Below are positions 56,684 through 64,000 of a stretch of DNA of 64,000 nt, in pieces. Made by a program: the position numbers and the translations under genes. The stretch's first letter is position 1. The number at the start of each line of letters is the position of its first letter. A model generated the notes under the pieces. It was given only the letters and a program-made list of their open reading frames with translations. It was not told where the DNA came from and did not search any database. Source of the stretch: Candidatus Adlerbacteria bacterium (GTDB lineage: Bacteria; Patescibacteriota; Minisyncoccia; Phycocordibacterales; SBAW01); the NCBI GenBank assembly GCA_027451965.1, contig DAIDHJ010000001.1, positions 424,963 through 488,962 of the forward strand. Reading direction: 5' to 3'.

Positions 56684-57397
56684 ATGAAAGCACAATATAT
56701 TTTACCGATTACTATCGTTGTTGCGGGGGCACTTATTGCCGGCGGTGTATTCCTTGCGGGTAAGCAAAATATCCCCTCAACGAGCACATTCGGGCAATTT
56801 CAAGCCGACAAGGCTGCACCAGTCACTTCCAACGATCATATACTTGGGAATCCAAACGCTCCCGTGAAAGTAGTGGAATATGCAGACTTAGAGTGTCCGT
56901 ACTGCAAACAGTTCCAAACAACCATGCATCAGATCATGGATTATTACGGTCCATCGGGAAAAGTTGCGTGGGTATTTCGACCCTTCCCTCTTGCACAAAT
57001 TCACTCAAAAGCTCCTGAGGAAGCCCAAGCTGCAGAATGCGCAGCAGATCAAGGAGGAAGTCAGGCGTTCTTTAACTATATTGATAAGATTTATAGCATC
57101 ACTCCATCGGATAACGGCCTTGATCTTTCGCAACTTCCAACTGTAGCGCAAGAGATTGGTCTTAATGTTGATACGTTCAATCAATGCCTCAGTAGCGGTA
57201 AATTCGCTAATAAAGTACAACAAAGCTACAATGATGCCATTGCGGCGGGCGGACAAGGTACGCCATTCATCCTTATCGTCTTTAATGGAGGTGCGATACC
57301 GCTTGAAGGAGATCAGCCGTATGATTCTATGCGAGCAGCAATTGATGCAGCACTTGCCCAAATTCCTACTGCCGCCACAAGCACTTCAACCCAGTAA
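56684..57397 (+). CDS. DsbA/BdbD-family oxidoreductase
   Basis: DHILGNPNAPV, ECPYC, GTP. Confidence 0.92.
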   Translation: MKAQYILPITIVVAGALIAGGVFLAGKQNIPSTSTFGQFQADKAAPVTSNDHILGNPNAPVKVVEYADLECPYCKQFQTTMHQIMDYYGPSGKVAWVFRPFPLAQIHSKAPEEAQAAECAADQGGSQAFFNYIDKIYSITPSDNGLDLSQLPTVAQEIGLNVDTFNQCLSSGKFANKVQQSYNDAIAAGGQGTPFILIVFNGGAIPLEGDQPYDSMRAAIDAALAQIPTAATSTSTQ

Positions 57398-60370
57398 TGG
57401 AGTGATGAATGTGCGCAACGCACAATAGCGACAATCCTTCTTATTGCATCCTTTCTCCATAAAAGAAAGATCGATAATTTCTTGAGCTATATCCTGCAGG
57501 AGCTGCAGTAATGCTTGACTATCCTCTATAGATAGCGGAACCGATACTGATATGGATCGATTCTGTTCATCAGGTTCGATGAATTCTATAATTCCCTCTT
57601 CTGCCGGACCGAAAGGTGTGCGCGACGTTGCACTGTAGTCCAGTAGTACCTTATAAAATATGAGTTGTCGCTTATAGGGTCCCCAGAGGAGGACGTCTTC
57701 TTTTCCAAAAATCTGCCCTCTGGTTTTTGGCTTTCCTGTCTTGTAATCGTGTATGTATACCGCTCCTTCCGGAGTAATGGAAATTTTATCTATGTCTCCG
57801 CGCAATCGCAGGTTCGGCAATGTGCCCATATCTGTCATCGGCAATAGCACAGTGAGCGAGTACTCATTGAAAATAGATCGATTCCAACGCGCATGCCCTT
57901 GCTGATAATAGGTACGGAGGGCTCGTTTTCCTTTTTCTTCAATTGTGGGAAGTATCGATGCAGGAAGCAGAGTGGTACGCAGTGCGCGTGTAAATAACCG
58001 TATCAAACCGCGAGTGCCGGGATTGATTCCTTCTTTCCATTGTTCAAAAAATTGATAGAGTGCGGCATGAACGGCAGTGCCGTATTCCAGTTCCTTTTCC
58101 GGAGCTTCAGGAACACGGAGCAGATTGCGGTAGAAATATCTCCAAGGGCATTCTAAATAATTATTTACCGCCGTAGCGGATAAGCCTTGTTTAAAAAAGA
58201 GTTCCTGTACAAATGCCCGATCAAGATACTCCGAAGAAATGGGCTTAGTTTCAGGTAAAGAAGGACGTGCTATCGGCACATACTGTGCTGCTGTGGACAG
58301 ATTCATTTCCTGAATGAATTGCGTCGGAAGAAACTGGGTGCCGGTTTCGCTTTCTTGTGCATAGGTAATTACTATGTGCTGTTTTGCCCGGGTAAGCGCC
58401 ACGTAAAACAACCGCCGTTCATCATCGGTATCATTTTCTGCAGTCGTAGATTGTAATGGAGAAAACAAGAGATGTTCATGTCGATTCCCCCAGTGGCCGT
58501 CATTTGCGTGAATGATATATACATAGGCAAATTCCTGTCCTTTTGCACGATGCGCAGTCATGAGGCGCACGGCAGGTCTGTCTCCGGAGGACATAGGTAT
58601 CGAAAGAGACAGATTATATTCTTCAAGTAACGCCACATGCTTGAGAAACGATTCTAATGATGCGTGGCGATCGTTTCTGCACAAAAGTGCAGCTTCTGCA
58701 AATACTGCTCGCATATAGGCAAGCTTCTCTTCCGGATAAGAAGAGGTAAGAAGAGCGGCAATAAACCCTGATTCTTCTGCCACGGCATTCAGTGTTTTCA
58801 GTAATCCTTCATTATGCGCCAGGCGTTTCCATCGATGCAGTTTTTTTCCAAGCGCGATGAACGGTTGTACCTCTTGTATGCCCATATTTCGTAAAAGAGG
58901 CGCATTCGCAAGTGCTCCGAACAAATCTCTTTTTCTGTGATAAATGAATCGAGCGACATCCAGAGTATTGAGGTGAAGAAAATCGATATGCAATACCGGT
59001 ATAAGCGCGTCATCTTTACCATATAAGACAATAGCAGACAGAATAGAGAGTAGTTTTCTGATTGAAAGATTTGCTAAAGCATTCTGCTCTGAGGCAACCA
59101 TGGAAGGTACGCCTTCAGAAACCAGTGCGGAGAGTACAGCTTCCGCATCACGATTCACTCGATAAATAACAGCGATGTCTCGAGGATCCACACCTTCCGC
59201 GAGTTTCTGTTTAATATCTTTTGCGACAAACAGGCATTCATCCTGTGGCCGGTCACAGGCATACACCTCTACAGCCTCAGCGGCAGTACCGGCATGTTTT
59301 GATAAAAGCGCCTGATGTTTCCCCATTCCGGCAGGAGTGTAGGAGATAAGCGCATGTGCAGTATCCAGGATAGATTGTACAGAACGGTAATTTGCAGTGA
59401 GTGCAATGAGTATTGCGTCGGGAAACCGCTTTTTAAAGAACAAAAAATTATCTAATGATGCTCCTTGAAAACGAAAAATAGCTTGTTTTTCGTCCCCTAC
59501 AACAAAAATATTAGGATGATCATGGAAACTGACCAGCAGGTCAAGTAATTGATTTTGACTTTCATTCACATCCTGATGTTCATCTGCAAGCACGTACTGT
59601 GCCTCCTCTTGCAATGTAAGAAGTAATTCAGGATCGTTTCGCAAGGCACGGATGACCTCCAGAAGCATATCCTCATAATCGTACACATGCTCTTTTGCCA
59701 ATGCTGCTTCATATGCTCGATACAGAATGAGTAGTTCTTCATCACGATGCAGGCGCTTCTGTAACTGTACATACTTACCGCGCATGGATCCTTTATGAAC
59801 TCCTTTTACGTGATACAGATCAGGGATGGCACGAAATGCTTCGAGACGCTGCTGTACGAGAGTAGCAAAATCATCAGGAGTGATATGCTCACGCTTGAGT
59901 TCAGAAATTTTCTGCGCAATAGCGGAAACATAAAAATAAGTGTTACCGAACGGTCGTAGTATGTTGAGCGCTGTTTTGTCCACCAACCGCTGCAATATGG
60001 CAATACGCTCCACACTGCTGAGAGATCGGCTGCCGACTATGCGTGGAAATGCATCAGGAAACCGTCGTATGACTTCATTGGCATAGCTATGGAACGTGTG
60101 TATTTGTACCCGGTATCCCGGCGTACCGACGATATCCACGAGCCGTCGGCGACACGTTGCTGCAGCGGATTCGGTAAACGTAAGTGCGAGTATAGCCTCT
60201 GGCGGCGTGTCAGTAAGTCGAAGAATATTGGCAATACGCAGCGTAAGAATCTGGGTTTTACCCGTACCCGGACCGGCGATGACCATCACCGGTCCTTCAA
60301 TAGCATCGACTGCCCGCTTTTGTTGCGCATTGAGCTTCCTGTATAGGGTGTTGAAGGCTCCCTTTGCCAT
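57386..60370 (-). CDS. UvrD/PcrA-type helicase fused to a PD-(D/E)XK nuclease
   Basis: AGPGTGKT, DEHQD, VGDEKQAIFRFQGA, TAHRAKGQE, YVALTRAK, GDIDKI..DYKTGK, Cys motifs. Confidence 0.92.
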   Translation of the reverse strand: MAKGAFNTLYRKLNAQQKRAVDAIEGPVMVIAGPGTGKTQILTLRIANILRLTDTPPEAILALTFTESAAATCRRRLVDIVGTPGYRVQIHTFHSYANEVIRRFPDAFPRIVGSRSLSSVERIAILQRLVDKTALNILRPFGNTYFYVSAIAQKISELKREHITPDDFATLVQQRLEAFRAIPDLYHVKGVHKGSMRGKYVQLQKRLHRDEELLILYRAYEAALAKEHVYDYEDMLLEVIRALRNDPELLLTLQEEAQYVLADEHQDVNESQNQLLDLLVSFHDHPNIFVVGDEKQAIFRFQGASLDNFLFFKKRFPDAILIALTANYRSVQSILDTAHALISYTPAGMGKHQALLSKHAGTAAEAVEVYACDRPQDECLFVAKDIKQKLAEGVDPRDIAVIYRVNRDAEAVLSALVSEGVPSMVASEQNALANLSIRKLLSILSAIVLYGKDDALIPVLHIDFLHLNTLDVARFIYHRKRDLFGALANAPLLRNMGIQEVQPFIALGKKLHRWKRLAHNEGLLKTLNAVAEESGFIAALLTSSYPEEKLAYMRAVFAEAALLCRNDRHASLESFLKHVALLEEYNLSLSIPMSSGDRPAVRLMTAHRAKGQEFAYVYIIHANDGHWGNRHEHLLFSPLQSTTAENDTDDERRLFYVALTRAKQHIVITYAQESETGTQFLPTQFIQEMNLSTAAQYVPIARPSLPETKPISSEYLDRAFVQELFFKQGLSATAVNNYLECPWRYFYRNLLRVPEAPEKELEYGTAVHAALYQFFEQWKEGINPGTRGLIRLFTRALRTTLLPASILPTIEEKGKRALRTYYQQGHARWNRSIFNEYSLTVLLPMTDMGTLPNLRLRGDIDKISITPEGAVYIHDYKTGKPKTRGQIFGKEDVLLWGPYKRQLIFYKVLLDYSATSRTPFGPAEEGIIEFIEPDEQNRSISVSVPLSIEDSQALLQLLQDIAQEIIDLSFMEKGCNKKDCRYCALRTFITPLLG

Positions 60371-60407
60371 AGGGCCTTATTATATGACCTTGGAACGCTT
60401 TGAGCAC

Positions 60408-61676
60408 TTAATAGCTTCTGAGGCGCTTAGCTTTCTCGTGCGTTCGGATACGTTCAAGTGATTTTGCTTCAATTTGCCGAATACGTTCCCGGGTAACGCC
60501 AAATTTTTTCCCTACTTCCTCAAGAGTATGGTAGACACCGTCTTCAAGTCCGTGCCGAAGTTTGAGAATTTCGCGTTCTTTTGGAGAAAGTTCGTCAAGA
60601 ATTTCTCGCAACTGATCTGCGAGAATGCGATGTGCCACTTCCTGATCAGGAGAAAGCATGCGTTCATCTTTCACGAAATCGCCCAACACCGACTTCCCAT
60701 CTCCGTCATCATCTCCTACCGGGCTTTCAAGAGAAATAGTATCCTGATCGATTTTTTCAATCTGGTAAATTTTATCTACATCTACACCCATTTCGAGTGC
60801 AATTTCTTCCGGCAACGGATCCCGGCCCAAATCTTGTGCAAGTCGCCTTGATACCTGCTTATACTTGGCAATGGTCTCCACCATATGGACCGGGATACGG
60901 ATCGTACGGCTTTGATCGGCAAGCGCACGAGTGATTGCCTGGCGGATCCACCAGGTTGCATAGGTAGAAAACTTATATCCCTTGGTATAGTCGAATTTCT
61001 CCACTGCCTTATGCAGCCCGAGATTCCCTTCCTGAATAAGATCTAGCAGAGTGAGATCAGGACTTCGTCCCACATACTTCTTGGCTATAGAGACTACAAG
61101 ACGCAGGTTGGCGCGCCAGAGCAGGTTTTTTGCTTCAGGATCACCTTCCACTATGCGTTTTGCTAGATCACGTTCCTCCTGACCTGAAAGCAGCGGGTAC
61201 TTTCCTATTTCTCGAAGATAAATCTGAATAGAGTCATATTGCGAATCGGAGCGTCCATACCCTTTTTCAATCGGTTCCTCTTGCACTTCAAGCATACCTC
61301 CTCCTTCAAGTACATCGACATGCGCTGAAGCAAGACGCTCATATAATTCTTCAAGAAAGAAGACATCGGTTTCGATATTAGGAAAATTCTTGAGAATTTC
61401 ATCATAGGTAACAAATCCTCGTTCTCGACCATGTGCAATCAGGTGTTCTGCCTTTCTATCCTGTTCTTCAAGTTTTTTATTTCCCTTAGGAGCAACCTTT
61501 GGCGCTGTTTTTGCCACTACCTTCTTTTTTTTGATTTCTTTTTTTGTTTTTGCGCGGCGTTTTGCAGCAGCACGTTTATAGGAAGCTGCTTTAGCGCGCG
61601 TAGGTGAACTGCGCTTCGCTGGTCGGGCTTTTGCCGCCTTTTTCACACTCTTTTTAGTTTTTGCCATTTTAGCCAT
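60408..61676 (-). CDS. rpoD: Primary sigma factor
   Basis: [44 protein letters not shown]. Confidence 0.96.
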   Translation of the reverse strand: MAKMAKTKKSVKKAAKARPAKRSSPTRAKAASYKRAAAKRRAKTKKEIKKKKVVAKTAPKVAPKGNKKLEEQDRKAEHLIAHGRERGFVTYDEILKNFPNIETDVFFLEELYERLASAHVDVLEGGGMLEVQEEPIEKGYGRSDSQYDSIQIYLREIGKYPLLSGQEERDLAKRIVEGDPEAKNLLWRANLRLVVSIAKKYVGRSPDLTLLDLIQEGNLGLHKAVEKFDYTKGYKFSTYATWWIRQAITRALADQSRTIRIPVHMVETIAKYKQVSRRLAQDLGRDPLPEEIALEMGVDVDKIYQIEKIDQDTISLESPVGDDDGDGKSVLGDFVKDERMLSPDQEVAHRILADQLREILDELSPKEREILKLRHGLEDGVYHTLEEVGKKFGVTRERIRQIEAKSLERIRTHEKAKRLRSY

Positions 61677-61690
61677 TGTATCAAAAGTAC

Positions 61691-63379
61691 TTATTTTCTC
61701 AATGTTTCCTGCCTATGCTTCAGCAAGGCAAGCTTCTGCAGAATATCGGAGGATGCTGTTGCATTTCCTTCCTCAGTGCGTAATTGCCGTTGTAGTACCT
61801 GGATTTCTTCTCCAATCATGCTTCGTTCAATCGACTGCAGGAGCGAGTGAACGGTATTCTCCGTATCTTCTCCTAACAATTCAAATGAGAAACGGAACTG
61901 TTCTGCATCAGCGCGGTACTGAGCTTCAAGTGCGGCTACCCGCTCGTTTCCAAGCAACTCTGCCAGTGCTTGCACCTGCGGCGAGGATGCAGCGTAGGAA
62001 AAAAGAATCATTGCTGCGTTTCGATCCAGTGCAGAGAGATCACCCTCTTCTGCAGTCGTATCTGTAGGAATACGCTCTACAGAATGAGAAACCGGTGAAG
62101 AGCGTATTTTTTCAACTTCCGCGCGCACCGCCTCTTCCGGCACTTCCAAACGATGTGCGATGAGTGCGATGAAATGCGCCTGTTCTATCTTGCTTGTAAG
62201 TACTGATACGAGTGGCAGTACGTGCACTTCAACCTGTTTTTTATACGTTCGCGCATCCTTGGCTTGGTGCTGCAAGATATTAAGAAAGAACTCTATGGCC
62301 GTTTTTGATTCGCGTATCGCTGTCTTGAGCAGCGTTTGATCTTCATGCGCAAGATCTGCCGGATCTTTTCCTTCAGAGAAATGCGGAATCTTGACATCAA
62401 AGCCGGCTTGCAGAGCCATGTATGCGCTTTTAAGTCCTGCACGGATTCCCGCCGCGTCTCCGTCCAACGCAAGCACCAAGCGCTTTGAGAAACGACCGAG
62501 CAGTTGTAAATGCTCGGGAGTGAGTGCTGTTCCAGAAAGTGCGACTGTGAACGATAACCCGGACTGATGGCACATAACAAGATCGAACTGACCTTCGACC
62601 AACAGTATGCAATCATGTTTCCGGATAGATTGCCTTGCCCGGTCGAGCCCATAGAGAATTCGAGATTTTTTGAAGATGGGTGTTTCCGGAGAATTGACAT
62701 ACTTTGCCGGATCAGTTTCCTCGGAACCATGTACTGTTTCAAAAAATCGTCCGGAAAATCCTATCACATTCCCCTGCACATTGGATATGGGAAACATAAT
62801 CCGTCCTCTGAACCGGTCGTAGACCTCCCCTTGTTTCTTTTCAGAAGCAATGACAAGGCCGGCCTCTACCATTTCTTCGACAGAAAACCCCTGCGAGCGC
62901 AGATGCGTAGCAAGTCCTTCCCAGGAAGCAGGTGCATATCCTAGCTGCCATTGTGCCGCAGTCTCTGGGGTCACTCCGCGCTGCGCGAGATACTGTTCCA
63001 CATCCGTTCGCGCCGCAAGTGCCGACATGAAGTACGAGGAAGCAGCAGCACACACCGCGAAGAGTCGTTCATGGTTTTCCTTCTTCTGCGCCGGTGCCGT
63101 ATGCTGGAGCACTACTCCCGCTTGCTGTGCGAGCTGCTTGAGTACTTCAGAAAATTCTGCACCTTCTACTTTTTGCAGGAATGAGAATATATCCCCTTTT
63201 TCTCCGCAACCGAAGCATATATAAGTACCGCGTTCGGGGGAAACGAAAAACGATGGAGTTTTCTCTTTGTGGAACGGGCAGCGAGCGCGCATATTTCTTC
63301 CTGCGCGCTCCAGTTTCACATACTGCCCTACGACATCGGTAATATTGATCCGATCTTTTATTTCCTGTACCTCATCCAT
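61691..63379 (-). CDS. dnaG: DNA primase
   Basis: [48 protein letters not shown]. Confidence 0.98.
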   Translation of the reverse strand: MDEVQEIKDRINITDVVGQYVKLERAGRNMRARCPFHKEKTPSFFVSPERGTYICFGCGEKGDIFSFLQKVEGAEFSEVLKQLAQQAGVVLQHTAPAQKKENHERLFAVCAAASSYFMSALAARTDVEQYLAQRGVTPETAAQWQLGYAPASWEGLATHLRSQGFSVEEMVEAGLVIASEKKQGEVYDRFRGRIMFPISNVQGNVIGFSGRFFETVHGSEETDPAKYVNSPETPIFKKSRILYGLDRARQSIRKHDCILLVEGQFDLVMCHQSGLSFTVALSGTALTPEHLQLLGRFSKRLVLALDGDAAGIRAGLKSAYMALQAGFDVKIPHFSEGKDPADLAHEDQTLLKTAIRESKTAIEFFLNILQHQAKDARTYKKQVEVHVLPLVSVLTSKIEQAHFIALIAHRLEVPEEAVRAEVEKIRSSPVSHSVERIPTDTTAEEGDLSALDRNAAMILFSYAASSPQVQALAELLGNERVAALEAQYRADAEQFRFSFELLGEDTENTVHSLLQSIERSMIGEEIQVLQRQLRTEEGNATASSDILQKLALLKHRQETLRK

Positions 63380-63425
63380 ATCGCTTCATTCTAGTACGTT
63401 CACAAGCGACTGGAAGTCATGATCG

Positions 63426-64000
63426 TTATGCGACTTCCTTCTCGGGCGCTGGCGCTATCGGAGCAACCTTCTCCACGAGCTGCGCCTTGTAACTACCGCG
63501 GAATCCGGTACCGGCAGGGATCAATCTTCCGATGATCACATTCTCCTTAAGGCCTTCCAGATGATCTACTGAACCGTACAGAGATGCAAGAATAAGAGTT
63601 CGAGTCGTATGCTGGAATGATGCAGCAGAAAGGAAACTGCCTCGTGAGAGTGAAACTCCCACAATACCCATAACCAATCCTTCTACCGTTGCCTCAGCAC
63701 CGCCGTGCTGTGCCGCGCGTTCATTTGCTTCCTTGAGTTCTGTTTCAGACACAACATCTCCTACGGAGAGTTCTGTATCTCCCGGGTTAACTACTTTTAC
63801 GCGCGAGAACATCTGACGAACAATCACTTCAAGGTGTTTGATAGAGATATTTGCACCCTGGAGTTCGTAGATCTTTACGACTTCAGAAATGATATGTTCC
63901 TGCGTACGTTCCTTACCGGCATATTTGTAGAGTTCAGATATATCTGCTGATCCATCCGTAATGATCTGACCTTTTTCTATATGATCTCCGACTTTGACGA
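63426..64000 (-). CDS. rpoC: RNA polymerase beta-prime subunit, 3' end (partial)
   Basis: IVRQM, SFLSAASFQ, GLKENVIIGRLIPAGTG. Confidence 0.97.
   Translation of the reverse strand, partial: VKVGDHIEKGQIITDGSADISELYKYAGKERTQEHIISEVVKIYELQGANISIKHLEVIVRQMFSRVKVVNPGDTELSVGDVVSETELKEANERAAQHGGAEATVEGLVMGIVGVSLSRGSFLSAASFQHTTRTLILASLYGSVDHLEGLKENVIIGRLIPAGTGFRGSYKAQLVEKVAPIAPAPEKEVA

Noticed and set aside
1-64000. Alternative genetic code 25 and the many antisense ORFs over core genes
   Set aside because: Conserved genes are full-length in code 11 and end at TGA (mraZ, fmt, mreB); the shadow ORFs lack motifs

Overview
Chromosomal window from a reduced-genome bacterium, most likely Patescibacteria/CPR (Parcubacteria-like, genetic code 11). 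The call is inferred from short HolB/ProS/TruB forms, dense gene packing and SD-less core genes. 1-27.2 kb and 54-64 kb are mostly housekeeping: cysS, dnaB, recR, mraZ-rsmH-ftsI-murF, lysS, greA, mreBC-mrdA, proS, frr, a second mreB, murA, def-fmt, hisS, a helicase-nuclease, rpoD, dnaG and the rpoC end. A visibly more AT-rich accessory tract starts at the 3' end of tRNA-Asn (27191-27262). Its first part (27260-31886) looks like an integrated element bounded by GAGCAA cores and two halves of a putative att-split recombinase tail. It carries a five-gene candidate defence operon: a 60-aa protein, an RloC-like zinc-hook ABC ATPase-HEPN, a 55-aa protein and two stand-alone HEPN proteins. Further att-like scars delimit single-gene modules (orphan, GNAT, lone cytochrome b). 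Two expression grammars coexist: core genes look leaderless (TAnnnT 6-9 nt before ATG), while about 10 orphan genes or micropeptides have a -35/-10 promoter, a strong SD and usually a terminator. All assignments come from reading motifs by eye; no searches were run.
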